Part shown: in pieces, positions 29,804 through 40,124 of the stretch
Position numbering within the stretch: position 1 is the stretch's first letter
Layout: each line of letters begins with the position of its first letter
Assembly (NCBI GenBank): GCA_964532225.1
Contig: CAZHHM010000005.1
Coordinates: forward strand, 12,100-76,099
DNA from: an uncultured bacterium
GTDB taxonomy: Bacteria; Margulisbacteria; WOR-1; JAKLHX01
Direction: 5' to 3'
Length of the DNA stretch: 64,000 bases
The notes under the pieces: generated by a model
Database searches by the model: none
Told to the model about the DNA's origin: nothing
The model's input: the letters and a program-made list of their open reading frames with translations, nothing else
Position numbers and translations under genes: made by a program

Positions 29804-30349
29804 TCAGCCTTTTTTCTTGATGCTGAAGACACAGCCGCAGTAGGACTGGCAGAAGATATCGTTCTCTCTTGCATACTGGCGCGCCCGTTTGAAACCGTCC
29901 TTCTTCTTGAAGTCATACCTGATAAATGAAGCTCCGCCGGTCTCCTCGCCTATCTGATTTATGATCTTTGAGTCCTTGTGGGGACTGACCGTGAGGGTTG
30001 TCGTAAAAGCGCCGATACCCAGTTTTTTCGCCATTTGAGCAGTCTCGGCAAGTCTGCCCCTGAAACAGAAATCGCAGCGCTTACCGCCTTCTTTTTCGTT
30101 CTCGAGCCCGGGCACGCTCATGAGCCAGGAATCAGCATCATAAACACCTTCGATCATCTGCACTCCCAGGAGCTCGCACACTTTCCGGGCCGCTTCATAA
30201 CGCCTTAGGTATTCCGCTTTTGGGTGTATGTTGGGATTATAGAAGAACCCTATCGGCTCATACCCGTCCTCCCGCAGCTTCTGGATAGGCCAGGAAGCGC
30301 ATACTCCGCAGCACATATGGAGAAGTATCCTGTTGTCCTTTGTGTTCAT
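29804..30349 (-). CDS. queH: Epoxyqueuosine reductase QueH (DUF208)
   Basis: LLHMCCGVC N-terminal and CQSYCGC C-terminal cysteine motifs. Confidence 0.8.
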   Translation of the reverse strand: MNTKDNRILLHMCCGVCASWPIQKLREDGYEPIGFFYNPNIHPKAEYLRRYEAARKVCELLGVQMIEGVYDADSWLMSVPGLENEKEGGKRCDFCFRGRLAETAQMAKKLGIGAFTTTLTVSPHKDSKIINQIGEETGGASFIRYDFKKKDGFKRARQYARENDIFCQSYCGCVFSIKKKG

Positions 30350-30849
30350 TTTGTCCCCTGATATATCCCGTTGTAGCCTTGCTCTACCTCATTTATGGTA
30401 TGGAAGGTCAGCTGGAGCACCCGGGCGTTCTTTTTGATCTTGAATCCTTTTGGATTGGCGACAACGAGCATGAATTCGCTCCTTCCGGAAAAGCCGGCAT
30501 CCCATACTCCGTTCTGAACGAACACACCGCACCGAAGAAGCGTACTTCTGGTATAAGCCGTCCCTGCAAGGTCTTTCGGCATGTTGATGACCTCATTTGT
30601 CCTGACCTTGTAACAGCCCGCCGGAAGGTCCCACCATTCCGGCTCTCCGGCAATGAAGGGGACCTCTTTGCACTCAGGAAGCTTGCGCTCGGCATTTGTC
30701 AGATCAACGGACCCCTTGCCTTCGTAGCTGAACACCTGGGAAACAGTAAGGTCTATGCCGTTCTGCGTGACCTGGGCATCAAGGTCGATATAGCCTTCTA
30801 CAAGTTTCTTGTGCCGAATGAGCTCTTTTATCTGCGCTCCGTTAAGCAT
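30346..30849 (-). CDS. dCTP deaminase / dUTPase-family protein
   Basis: 167 aa, beta-rich, with GVWDAGFSGRSEFMLV resembling the dCTP deaminase/dUTPase fold signature. Confidence 0.6.
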   Translation of the reverse strand: MLNGAQIKELIRHKKLVEGYIDLDAQVTQNGIDLTVSQVFSYEGKGSVDLTNAERKLPECKEVPFIAGEPEWWDLPAGCYKVRTNEVINMPKDLAGTAYTRSTLLRCGVFVQNGVWDAGFSGRSEFMLVVANPKGFKIKKNARVLQLTFHTINEVEQGYNGIYQGTK

Positions 30850-30851
30850 TA

Positions 30852-31250
30852 CTATCCCTTATCGGCCATTTCTTTGAGAAATCTCTCTCTAATTTGTGAC
30901 GGAATGGGCTTTGTTTTTATGTCAGGCCCCACACAGACCATCACCGTCTTTGCCTTGACAAGCTCTGCCCCGCCCCTGCCCCTGACGCTGTAGCCGAAAG
31001 TAAGGCTCGCTCGTGAGATATCGACAGGGAAAGCCGTCACATCCAGCTCGTCCCCGTATCTTGCAGGAGACTTATAGTCGATCTCCTGCCTGGCGACAAC
31101 GAAAAGGACGTCCTCTTCCGCCATTCCGGCTACGTTCATCCCAAGTTTTTCGAAGAACTCAGTCCTTGCCTCCTCGAGGAACTTAAGATAATTGCCGTAA
31201 TAAACTATACCGCCGCAGTCAGTGTCATGGTAGTAGATGCGTATCTTCAT
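30852..31250 (-). CDS. Acyl-CoA thioesterase (4HBT/YbgC family)
   Basis: YYHDTDCGGIVYYGNYLKFLEEAR hotdog-fold signature. Confidence 0.7.
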   Translation of the reverse strand: MKIRIYYHDTDCGGIVYYGNYLKFLEEARTEFFEKLGMNVAGMAEEDVLFVVARQEIDYKSPARYGDELDVTAFPVDISRASLTFGYSVRGRGGAELVKAKTVMVCVGPDIKTKPIPSQIRERFLKEMADKG

Positions 31251-31284
31251 AGTGCCATTTTAGCAGTTATACGGGGCGAAAGGT

Positions 31285-31659
31285 TCAGTCCTGTTTTCTT
31301 GTAAGCTCGTTTATAGCGTTAATGATATCTGACTCCTCGAAAGGCTTTGTCAGGTACCTGTCGGCCTGGCAGAGGTTCATCGAGATCATCCTGTCCTTTT
31401 CGCGGTTCCTGGCGGTAAGCATTATGACGGGGATATCTTTTGAGACGTCCTCGGTCTTAAGCATCCTGCAGACCGTATTGCCGTCAAGGACAGGGAGCAT
31501 CACGTCAAGCAGCACGATGTCAGGCGTTTCTTCTTTCACCTTATCGAATGCTTCGAGGCCGTCATGCGCTTTTGTTACCTCATGCCCGTATGACCTGAGC
31601 ATTGCCTCAAGTATGTCGGCTATATCCTTTTCATCGTCCACTACGAGCACTTTTGCCAT
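31285..31659 (-). CDS. Single-domain response regulator (CheY-like receiver)
   Basis: VLVVDDE...D(58)...LTAR receiver motifs. 124 aa. Confidence 0.8.
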   Translation of the reverse strand: MAKVLVVDDEKDIADILEAMLRSYGHEVTKAHDGLEAFDKVKEETPDIVLLDVMLPVLDGNTVCRMLKTEDVSKDIPVIMLTARNREKDRMISMNLCQADRYLTKPFEESDIINAINELTRKQD

Positions 31660-31743
31660 TGATCAGTACCTTTACCGCCTTTAATTATACAGTACCCTCA
31701 ATTGTTTGACACTCTTTTACATGTATCGTATCATTAGAAAGTA

Positions 31744-32331
31744 ATGCAATTCACTCTGACCATCATACTCTCTTTCTTTTCCGGGTCAATACCTTTCGGA
31801 CTGCTTGCCGGGAAGCTAAAAGGGATAGACATCAGGAAGTCCGGGAGCGGGAATATCGGAGCGACCAACGCTCTTAGGGCCCTGGGGCCCGCCTTCGGCA
31901 TACCCGTGCTCGTTCTGGACATCTTAAAAGGCACACTGCCCGTAGTTGCCGCTCAGATGCTGTTCAATGATCCTCTGACAGCGCTTGCCTCGGGTCTGGC
32001 CGCGATCTTAGGCCATATGTACACACCTTTCTCAGGCTTCAAAGGAGGCAAAGGAGTAGCAACGACGCTGGGCGTACTGCTAGGCCTGACCCCGGACCTC
32101 TTTCTCATTACCGGGGCCGTCATGGTTGCGATAATCGCTGCTACAAGATATGTGTCCCTAGGCTCTGTGGCCGGGGCCATACTTTTGTCTTGCCTTATGT
32201 TCATCGCGGGTAAACCGCTCCCCTACTGCTGGGCATCAGTGTTTATCGCAGCGTTCATTATCTACAAACATGTTCCCAACATGAAAAGGCTTGCCGAAGG
32301 CAAAGAGAACAAGCTATGGGGCGGGAAATGA
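31744..32331 (+). CDS. plsY: Glycerol-3-phosphate acyltransferase PlsY
   Basis: GSIPFG...SGNIGATNALR motif. Confidence 0.9.
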   Translation: MQFTLTIILSFFSGSIPFGLLAGKLKGIDIRKSGSGNIGATNALRALGPAFGIPVLVLDILKGTLPVVAAQMLFNDPLTALASGLAAILGHMYTPFSGFKGGKGVATTLGVLLGLTPDLFLITGAVMVAIIAATRYVSLGSVAGAILLSCLMFIAGKPLPYCWASVFIAAFIIYKHVPNMKRLAEGKENKLWGGK

Positions 32332-33317
32332 AGATAGCCGTCATCGGGGCCGGAGCTTGGGGAACTACACTTGCCGACCTTTCCGGTAAAGCAGGCCATG
32401 ATGTGCTTTTATGGTGCCGCGAACCGGAGGTCATGGAGTCCGTATCCAAAGAAGCGGTGAACAGTGTTTTTCTTCCCGGGATAAAGCTCCATCCATCGGT
32501 CAAGGCAACAACAGACCTGCCCTCAGCTGTCCGTAAAGCAGAGATCATTATCTGCGTAGTCCCAACGCAATTCCTGAGAAATACTCTTACACAGGCGGAT
32601 AAAAGCGAATGGAACGGAAAGACCGTGGTCAGCGCCACTAAAGGCATCGAACAGGAAAGCCTTATGTTCCCGTCGGATATCATTTCCTCGGTCACGGGGA
32701 TTAATGATATCGCCGTGCTTTCAGGTCCCAATCTCTCAAAAGAGATAGCACAAGGCCTGCCTGCAGCTTCAGTCGCTGCCAGCCGCGACATCAGGACAGC
32801 AGGATCCGTGCAGAAAGCGATCTCGACCGACAAATTCAGGATATATACCGCGAAAGACGTTAAAGGCGTCGAGACCGGCGGCGCTCTAAAGAACGTCATC
32901 GCGATAGCCGCAGGAATTTGCGACGGAATGGGTTACGGGAACAACGCAAAATCGGCTGTGATCGTAAGAGGGATATCCGAGATAAGCAGGCTGGGCGTTG
33001 CGCTTGGGGCGTCCCCCGAAACATTTGCCGGCCTGAGCGGTATTGGGGACCTGATAACTACCTGCCAGAGCAGCCTCTCCAGGAACCATTATGTCGGAGA
33101 ACAGCTTGCCACAGGAAAAAAGCTTGACGGGATACTAAAGAACATGAGGGCTGTGGCGGAAGGCATAGATACTTCTGTTTCAGCAGTCAGACTGTCCGAA
33201 AAGACCGGGATCGAAATGCCTATATCAAAAGAAGTATATCTCGTCCTGCATAAAGGCAAATCGCCTTCTGAAGCGATGAAGGACCTGCTGTCGAGAAAGC
33301 TTAAGAAAGAGGACTAA
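32316..33317 (+). CDS. gpsA: NAD(P)H-dependent glycerol-3-phosphate dehydrogenase
   Basis: MKIAVIGAGAWGT Rossmann motif. GpsA blocks. plsY-gpsA synteny. Confidence 0.9.
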   Translation: MGREMKIAVIGAGAWGTTLADLSGKAGHDVLLWCREPEVMESVSKEAVNSVFLPGIKLHPSVKATTDLPSAVRKAEIIICVVPTQFLRNTLTQADKSEWNGKTVVSATKGIEQESLMFPSDIISSVTGINDIAVLSGPNLSKEIAQGLPAASVAASRDIRTAGSVQKAISTDKFRIYTAKDVKGVETGGALKNVIAIAAGICDGMGYGNNAKSAVIVRGISEISRLGVALGASPETFAGLSGIGDLITTCQSSLSRNHYVGEQLATGKKLDGILKNMRAVAEGIDTSVSAVRLSEKTGIEMPISKEVYLVLHKGKSPSEAMKDLLSRKLKKED

Positions 33318-33324
33318 TCCCCCA

Positions 33325-34413
33325 ATGCCCGCAGAAAAAGCCATATTGGTCGGAGTGGAACTGGAAAAAGAAGCGCTGCCTGTAGAGCATTCTCTCGAAG
33401 AGCTCGGCCGGCTTGCAGTTACGGCCGGCGCTTCCGTGGAAGGCCGGATAATTCAAAAAAGGCCCAGCCCTGACCCCAGGTATTTCATAGGTTCGGGAAA
33501 AGTCGAGGAGATAAAAAGGCTTGCAGACGAAAAGAAGGCCAACATCGTGATATTCGATTCGGCCATATCCCCTTCCCAGCAGAGGAATATCGAAGAAGCG
33601 CTGGACATCAAGGTCGTGGACAGGACACAGCTGATCCTTGATATCTTCGCCCTTCACGCGCATACTCACGAGGGCAAACTTCAGGTGGAGCTGGCCCAGG
33701 ACGAATACATGCTCACCAGGCTGACCGGCAAAGGCATAGATATGTCCAGACTGGGCGGAGGGATAAGGACCAGGGGCCCCGGAGAAACTAAGCTCGAAAC
33801 GGACCGCAGGAACATAAGGAAAAGGGTCTCTCTCCTGAAAAAAGAGATAGAAGCTTACCGCAGGTCAAGACAAACGAGGAGAAGCTCCAGGACTTCGGGC
33901 AATGTGCATAATGTCTCTCTCGTTGGTTATACGAACAGCGGCAAATCAACTCTGATGAATGCCCTTACCAAGTCCAACGTGCTTTCAAAAGACATGCTCT
34001 TTGCAACTCTTGATACCACGACCAGAAGGATGCATCTTGAGGGGTCGGGAACAGTTCTGCTCTCCGACACGGTGGGTTTCATATCAAAACTGCCGCACCA
34101 GCTTGTCGACGCTTTCAGGGCGACACTGGAGGAAGTGTGCGAGGCGGACCTTCTGCTGCATGTGGTCGACCTGAGCTCGGATTACATGCAGGCGCAGATA
34201 GATTCAGTGTATTCTATCCTTGAGGAGATCGGAGCCATAAAAAAACCGATGATAACCGTGTTCAACAAGTCGGACAAAAAGGTCCACCATGAAATTGACG
34301 AACTGCTTAAGAGATATCAGCCTGCCATTGAGGTCTCGGCCTTAAAGAACGAGGGCCTGAGCTCCCTGCGCGATCTTATATCTTCCTGCCTGCTGCAGCT
34401 GCAAAAGGCCTGA
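33325..34413 (+). CDS. hflX: GTPase HflX
   Basis: HflX N-domain followed by G-domain [17 protein letters not shown]. Confidence 0.9.
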   Translation: MPAEKAILVGVELEKEALPVEHSLEELGRLAVTAGASVEGRIIQKRPSPDPRYFIGSGKVEEIKRLADEKKANIVIFDSAISPSQQRNIEEALDIKVVDRTQLILDIFALHAHTHEGKLQVELAQDEYMLTRLTGKGIDMSRLGGGIRTRGPGETKLETDRRNIRKRVSLLKKEIEAYRRSRQTRRSSRTSGNVHNVSLVGYTNSGKSTLMNALTKSNVLSKDMLFATLDTTTRRMHLEGSGTVLLSDTVGFISKLPHQLVDAFRATLEEVCEADLLLHVVDLSSDYMQAQIDSVYSILEEIGAIKKPMITVFNKSDKKVHHEIDELLKRYQPAIEVSALKNEGLSSLRDLISSCLLQLQKA

Positions 34414-35395
34414 GCTCCTTCATAAGCTTTTCGAAGTTATCGAAGTTCAGCGACTGCTCTCCGTCGGACATGGCCTCTTCCGGTCTTGGATAGACCTCTA
34501 TGATAAGCCCGTCAGCGCCTGCGGCCACTGCCGCTTTTGCCATCGGTGCGACCAGGTTCCACTTGCCCACCCCATGGCTCGGGTCAACAACGACAGGAAG
34601 ATGGCTCAGCTGTTTGATCACCGGCACAGCGCTCAGATCAAGCGTGTTCCTTGTGAACTTCTCGAACGTCCTGATGCCTCTTTCGCAAAGAATGACGTTC
34701 TTGTTGCCTTCGCTCATGACATACTCGGCAGACATGAGCAATTCTTCTATTGTCGCTGAAAGCCCTCTTTTAAGAAGGACCGGTTTGTTCGTTTTTCCCA
34801 CTTCTTTTAAAAGGACGAAGTTCTGCATGTTCCTTGCGCCTATCTGTATCATGTCGGTGTACCTGCAGATAAGCTCAACGTCCCTGGTATCCATTACTTC
34901 GGTGACCACCGGAAGTCCCGTCGCCTTTTTCGCGTCCACGAGGAGTTTAAGTCCTTCTTCTCCCAGGCCCTGGAATGAATAAGGGGATGTTCTCGGCTTG
35001 AACGCCCCGCCTCTCAGCATGTTCGCTCCGGATGCTTTGACCGCCTTGGCGATCTCCATAATCTGTTCGCGTTTTTCCACCGAGCACGGACCGGCCATAA
35101 CGGCGATCTGACAGCCTTCGCCGATCTTCACCCCGCCGCCGACATCCACTATAGTGTCAAGAGGATGGAATTCGCGGCTGACCAGCTTGTAGGGTTTGCT
35201 TACATGGATGATCTCGGAAACTCCGCTCATCATCTGGATAGTGTCCAGCTGGAGGGTCGACTTATCCCCTATCGCGCCTACTATGGTCTGGCTCACTCCT
35301 CTTGAGATGTGAGTGCCGAAACCTTTGTTCTTCAGCTTTTCTACTACCGCATTTATATCGCCATCGGAGGCCTGGGGCTTCATTACTATGATCAT
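34376..35395 (-). CDS. 3-deoxy-7-phosphoheptulonate (DAHP) synthase, class I-beta with N-terminal ferredoxin-like regulatory domain
   Basis: N-terminal ~70-aa ACT/FL domain, then the KDO8PS/DAHPS I-beta barrel (GPCSVE, LLKRG). Confidence 0.8.
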   Translation of the reverse strand: MIIVMKPQASDGDINAVVEKLKNKGFGTHISRGVSQTIVGAIGDKSTLQLDTIQMMSGVSEIIHVSKPYKLVSREFHPLDTIVDVGGGVKIGEGCQIAVMAGPCSVEKREQIMEIAKAVKASGANMLRGGAFKPRTSPYSFQGLGEEGLKLLVDAKKATGLPVVTEVMDTRDVELICRYTDMIQIGARNMQNFVLLKEVGKTNKPVLLKRGLSATIEELLMSAEYVMSEGNKNVILCERGIRTFEKFTRNTLDLSAVPVIKQLSHLPVVVDPSHGVGKWNLVAPMAKAAVAAGADGLIIEVYPRPEEAMSDGEQSLNFDNFEKLMKELRPFAAAAGRKI

Positions 35396-35407
35396 GGATA
35401 ACTCCTA

Positions 35408-35797
35408 TCAGCTTAAATAATAGATATCTTTGTCCTTTGAACTAAGGTCGGGGCGGAGCTTTTTGGCGTCTTCGAGATAGATATGCTTCATTTCGGCCTG
35501 TTTCTTGTCGGTATTGACCACGACAAGCACTCTTATGCACTTTTTCAGGCTGCCTTCCACCTCTATCTCATTCGTGCACATAAGCGGAGTATATAGCCAG
35601 CCAAGCTCTCTGGCCGCTATCGCAGGAAATTCCTTTGTAAGGTCGCCTGTTACCGAGAACAGGATAAAAGATATATCCTCCACTTTTACTTTGTTCACTG
35701 AAACTATCTTTTCAAGGAGCATCTCGGTAGCGAACACGATCGAGTCCTTTTCGTTGTTCTTTACCGTTATCGCGCCTCTTATACCTCTAGTAGCCAT
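35408..35797 (-). CDS. aroH: Chorismate mutase, AroH class
   Basis: RGIRGAITV N-terminus and LKKCIRVLVVVNTD...LRPDL, highly similar to B. subtilis AroH. Confidence 0.8.
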   Translation of the reverse strand: MATRGIRGAITVKNNEKDSIVFATEMLLEKIVSVNKVKVEDISFILFSVTGDLTKEFPAIAARELGWLYTPLMCTNEIEVEGSLKKCIRVLVVVNTDKKQAEMKHIYLEDAKKLRPDLSSKDKDIYYLS

Positions 35798-36506
35798 TTA
35801 TGACCTCTCCGCTGAATATTTCCTTAATTCTACCATCTGGCATTTCCATCTTCAATGAGCCGGAAAGCCCTAACCCGACAGCCCGGCCCCTTACCTCGGA
35901 ACCTTCTTCCTTCACCGTGACATCCCTGTCCCTTAGCGAGGACAGCTCCCATGCTCTTGAGAGAAGAGAAGCGGAGCCTTCAGGAAGCGTCCCGATCGAG
36001 CGGCCCAGATCGTCGAGCACCAGGGCAAGAAAAGAATCCCTGTCGGTCCGTTCTCCGGACAGGGCCTCAAGAGAGACGGCTTTCTCCTTTAGACCGTCCG
36101 GGATATCGGCTGAAGAACAGTTAAGGTTTACGCCTACCCCGACGACCAGAACATCCTTTTTCTGTTCTGCCAGGATACCGGCCAGTTTTTTCCGTCCGGC
36201 AACGATGTCATTCGGCCATTTTACATTCGCTCTGACACCCGCAGAGATCTCGATCGCGCGTACTACCGCAAGAGCGGCCGCAGTAGTGACGAGACCGCCC
36301 GGAAGACCGGCCCCTTTTTTGTTGAGTATCAACGAGAAAAAAAGATGCTGACCGGGGAAAGAGGTCCAGGTCCTTCCCATCCTTCCCTTCCCTGCTGTCT
36401 GTGTATCCGCAACGATGACAGTCCCGTCCTTGGCATCAGCTCCAAGGGATAGAGCAAGATCGTTAGTTGAAGAGACCTCTTCAAACCTTACGATATCAAA
36501 GCCCAT
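35787..36506 (-). CDS. birA: Biotin--[acetyl-CoA-carboxylase] ligase (no N-terminal HTH)
   Basis: GKGRMGRTW and KWPNDI motifs. Confidence 0.85.
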   Translation of the reverse strand: MGFDIVRFEEVSSTNDLALSLGADAKDGTVIVADTQTAGKGRMGRTWTSFPGQHLFFSLILNKKGAGLPGGLVTTAAALAVVRAIEISAGVRANVKWPNDIVAGRKKLAGILAEQKKDVLVVGVGVNLNCSSADIPDGLKEKAVSLEALSGERTDRDSFLALVLDDLGRSIGTLPEGSASLLSRAWELSSLRDRDVTVKEEGSEVRGRAVGLGLSGSLKMEMPDGRIKEIFSGEVINGY

Positions 36507-36515
36507 CGCTGACCT

Positions 36516-37994
36516 TTAGAATCTGGTCGTCATCCCCAAGATAAGAAGGTCATCCGTGGTCTCCGCGGCATTCGGATCGATCTCCAGCCTGTAAGCCGCT
36601 GTCGCTGTCGTTGACTGCGCCAGTGACATATCAAGCTGTACCTGCGAAGTAAGTTTTGAGCCTGCCTCTCCCCGTCCATACCTGTATGAGCTCGAAAGCG
36701 CCATATTGTTGATGAGGCTGAACGAGACCTGCTCCGACACCAGCTTTTTCAGCTTGATCTGTAATGACCGGCTACCGTTTGTCAAAGGCCTGTCGAAAGG
36801 ATCGAACCCGACCATGGTCCACTGGTCAAGAGGATCGCCTGCCGGGATGTATTCCGAGCCCGCGACCACGGCCTTAACGTCGAACATAAGCTGCATCCTG
36901 ACCTTATCCTCGAAAGTGAACCCGGACGAAACGACCATCTTGTGGTAGTCAAGGTTCCTGAAGGAACCTGCCTTGAGGTCGAGGAAGTATGACAGCACAT
37001 CGTTGGGCTGTGCCGAGATATTGAGCCCTGATTTAAAATTGGTACGCCTTGTCTGTCCTACGAGGACGTTCTCAGTGAAATAATCCCCGCGCAAAGTGAC
37101 CGTTCCCTTGCCCAGCATCGGAACACTGTCAAATGACCTGGTCAGTGCGGCTCCAGTCTGTGACACGCCGACAGAACCGGCACTTGCAGCAGAAGTGGCA
37201 ATGTCATGCGCTCTGAAATAACCGCTGACGGTATTGCCGAAAACGACCGTGGTCGCCTTTATGCCGGGATAGGGCCTCATATAAGTCCTGTTCACTTCGG
37301 ATGGGATCCCAGATAAATGGCGCTGAGGGCCGGGGCCTACCGTGGTCGATACAGTAAGGGGCAGTGAAGCGTCCGGTCTTATGACAAGCTCTGCGTCGAG
37401 CATCTTGAATATATCCTGAGAACCTCCGTACAGACCTCCGTCCATAGTGTCAAAATTCACCGAGAGTGATTCAACCCCTTCCATTGACGGGCTGAATGAC
37501 GCGGTCACTCTGTAATTCATGAAAAGGCCCTGCCTTGAAACCGAAGGCACGGTCTGTCCGGCGAGCATGTTCCCCGCCATCAACTGCACGCCGAAAGAAC
37601 CCGAGAACGGATCGTACTGCGCTTTCTTGAGATAAGTCCCGTTCTCGACTTCGTCCTTTATCGATTTGATCTCGGTTTTAAGCTCGGCCGCCAGCTTCTC
37701 CACCCCGGTAACTCCAAGGTATTCGATAAGCTTTGCCATCAGTCCAGCGGTCTCATACCTTGTAATATCCTTATTGCCCCTGAAGGTGCCGTCCTGGTAG
37801 CCTCCGGTAATGCCCAGGTTGACCAGCTTGTTCACCGCGCCTGCCGCCCAATGCGAGTTCGGCATATCTTTAAAGACGCCTGTAGATGTCTCTTCTGTTT
37901 TCTTGGTCGACTTTGGCTTGGCCAACGCCATCCCGGACATCACGAACACGATCAGCACAAGAACAGCCAGTCTTTTCATCGATATCTCCTTCAT
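36516..37994 (-). CDS. SLH-domain outer-membrane porin (Omp-alpha-like)
   Basis: Signal peptide. N-terminal SLH motif (FKDMPNSHWAAGAVNKLVNLGITGGY...TRYE). Coiled-coil linker. Beta-rich C-terminal region ending ...GMTTRF. Confidence 0.7.
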   Translation of the reverse strand: MKEISMKRLAVLVLIVFVMSGMALAKPKSTKKTEETSTGVFKDMPNSHWAAGAVNKLVNLGITGGYQDGTFRGNKDITRYETAGLMAKLIEYLGVTGVEKLAAELKTEIKSIKDEVENGTYLKKAQYDPFSGSFGVQLMAGNMLAGQTVPSVSRQGLFMNYRVTASFSPSMEGVESLSVNFDTMDGGLYGGSQDIFKMLDAELVIRPDASLPLTVSTTVGPGPQRHLSGIPSEVNRTYMRPYPGIKATTVVFGNTVSGYFRAHDIATSAASAGSVGVSQTGAALTRSFDSVPMLGKGTVTLRGDYFTENVLVGQTRRTNFKSGLNISAQPNDVLSYFLDLKAGSFRNLDYHKMVVSSGFTFEDKVRMQLMFDVKAVVAGSEYIPAGDPLDQWTMVGFDPFDRPLTNGSRSLQIKLKKLVSEQVSFSLINNMALSSSYRYGRGEAGSKLTSQVQLDMSLAQSTTATAAYRLEIDPNAAETTDDLLILGMTTRF

Positions 37995-37996
37995 GG

Positions 37997-39121
37997 TTAT
38001 TTAAGCGCCCCGAGAATTTCCTTTGCGATATCGAAAACCGCATGAGGATTATTTGCTTTTTTCATATTGGCCTTCACGCTCTTATATAGCTTTGTGCCCA
38101 TGAACTGCTTGATGACGAGAGGCATCTGCCTGTAGTCCTTGTTCACCACGCCCAGACCGTTCTTCACGACATGGTCCACATTGCCTTCCTCCTGTCCGGG
38201 AAGCCAGCTGGTGATCACCATTGGCAGCTCTTTTGCGAGCGCTTCAGCGATAGACCCGGGACCAGCCTTTGTTATGACAAGGTCCGAAGCGGTCATGATC
38301 TCCGGGACCTCATTGGTGAACCCGTACACCTTTATCGGGAAGGACAGTTTCGGCGACAGGCGTTCCAGCTTGTTTTGAAGAGATTTATTCCTGCCGGCGA
38401 TAATGATCATTTGAATATCCGGTCTTGCCCTGTCGAGCTCTTTGACTATGCGCATCATGTTCCCTCCGCCTTCTCCTCCACCCATGAGAAGAACGGTGAA
38501 AAGGTCCTTACGTATGCCCATTTCCTTTCTGATAGCGTCCTTGGTAGCAACAGGCCTTGTGAATTTCGGGTCTATAGGCAGGCCTATAAGCTTAAGCTGT
38601 GAAGGCGAAGCCCCGTATTCTATGCAGGCTTTCTTCGCGTCCTGTGTAGCGACTATGATCTTTGCCGCATCTTTGCAGACCCAAGAACGGTGAAGGCTGA
38701 CGGGGTCCGTTATTACGGTCATCAGAGGAACTACCCTTTTTGCTGTTTTCATTGCGGCTATTGTGATATGGTTCAGCAAAGGATGGACGGAAACAATGAG
38801 GTCGGGTTTGCGCCTTGCTATCAGCGACGCAAGCTCTTTTTCGATGAACGGCCTGGCTATCTTTTCCATCTGCTGGACCTTTTTCATGTCATTGAACCAG
38901 TAATAGAGCATACCCCACATGGCAGGAGAGTACTTAATTACCGGCGCGTAGAGCTTTGCGAAAATATTCAGGAATGCGCTGCATTCTGCAAAGACATCTA
39001 CCATCTCCTGGAGAGGGGCTTCCTTCTTCTTTATCTCGTCGACCGCCTTCATAAGTGAAGTGGCCGCGCTCCTGTGGCCTCCGCCGGTATCGGAGAACAG
39101 ATATAATATCTTTTTTTTCAT
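37997..39121 (-). CDS. GT28-family glycosyltransferase (monoglycosyldiacylglycerol synthase / MurG-like)
   Basis: MKKKILYLFSDTGGGHRSAA N-terminal motif typical of MGDG/DGDG synthases. Confidence 0.7.
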   Translation of the reverse strand: MKKKILYLFSDTGGGHRSAATSLMKAVDEIKKKEAPLQEMVDVFAECSAFLNIFAKLYAPVIKYSPAMWGMLYYWFNDMKKVQQMEKIARPFIEKELASLIARRKPDLIVSVHPLLNHITIAAMKTAKRVVPLMTVITDPVSLHRSWVCKDAAKIIVATQDAKKACIEYGASPSQLKLIGLPIDPKFTRPVATKDAIRKEMGIRKDLFTVLLMGGGEGGGNMMRIVKELDRARPDIQMIIIAGRNKSLQNKLERLSPKLSFPIKVYGFTNEVPEIMTASDLVITKAGPGSIAEALAKELPMVITSWLPGQEEGNVDHVVKNGLGVVNKDYRQMPLVIKQFMGTKLYKSVKANMKKANNPHAVFDIAKEILGALK

Positions 39122-39134
39122 TGCCTTTTGCTCC

Positions 39135-40124
39135 TTAGGCCTTTGAATAGCCGTGCGGATGTTTCCCCATCCATGCCCAGGTATCGCCGATGATCTTTTC
39201 GATACTTGAATGTTTTTGTGTCCAGCCGAGCTCTTTCTTTATCTTCGCCGAGCTGGCAATGAGCGACGGAGGGTCGCCCGGTCTCCTGGGCGCATCAACG
39301 GCATTGACCTTTTTTCCTGTGACCTTCTGGGCGGCCTCAACGACCTCCCTCACGGTGAACCCGTTCTCACTCCCCAGATTGAATATCGAGCTTTTGACGG
39401 TTTGTTTAAGGCTCTCGAGCGCGAGCACGTGGGCGGAAGCAAGGTCTTTGACATGGATATAATCCCTGACGCAGGTACCGTCCTTCGTGGGATAGTCACT
39501 GCCGAATATCTTGACCTGCGCGGTCTTGCCTGTCGCTCTAAGCACAAGCGGGATAAGATGCGTTTCTACTTCCCTGTCCTCACCGAGATCGTTATCAAGG
39601 TCAGCTCCCGCGGCATTAAAATACCGAAGGCTGACATGCTTTATGCCGTAAGCGATGTCGTACCATTTCATGTACTGCTCAACGATCAGCTTTGATTCAC
39701 CGTAAGGGTTGGTGGGCTTTGTCGCCGCCGCCTCAGTAACAGGAACAGCGGACGGCTCACCGTACACCGCGGCGGAGGATGAAAATATGAACCTTTTCAC
39801 TCCTGAAGCCGCCATTGCGTCAAGAAGATTGAAAGAAGCATAGATATTGTTCTCAAAATATTTCGAAGGGTCCTCCATGGACTCAGGCACTATCGTGAAC
39901 GCCGCAAAATGCAGGACCGCATCAAAGCCCTTACCGGCCAAGGCTTTTTTTATCTCGTCCTTTTTCCTGAGATCGCCGATGATCAGCTCAACTCCCGGAG
40001 GAAGGGTCTCTTTGTGCCCGCATGAAAGATTATCAAAGACCGCTACTTCATGGCCGTTTTTAAGGAGCTCCCGGACCGTGGCGCCGCCGATAAAACCGGC
40101 TCCGCCGGTAACCAGCGTTCTCAA
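39135..40124 (-). CDS. galE: UDP-glucose 4-epimerase
   Basis: MRTLVTGGAGFIG Rossmann motif. YxxxK and GalE blocks. Confidence 0.85.
   Translation of the reverse strand: MRTLVTGGAGFIGGATVRELLKNGHEVAVFDNLSCGHKETLPPGVELIIGDLRKKDEIKKALAGKGFDAVLHFAAFTIVPESMEDPSKYFENNIYASFNLLDAMAASGVKRFIFSSSAAVYGEPSAVPVTEAAATKPTNPYGESKLIVEQYMKWYDIAYGIKHVSLRYFNAAGADLDNDLGEDREVETHLIPLVLRATGKTAQVKIFGSDYPTKDGTCVRDYIHVKDLASAHVLALESLKQTVKSSIFNLGSENGFTVREVVEAAQKVTGKKVNAVDAPRRPGDPPSLIASSAKIKKELGWTQKHSSIEKIIGDTWAWMGKHPHGYSKA

Noticed and set aside
32258-32899. 213-aa minus-strand ORF
   Set aside because: Antisense to gpsA and plsY. Shadow ORF.
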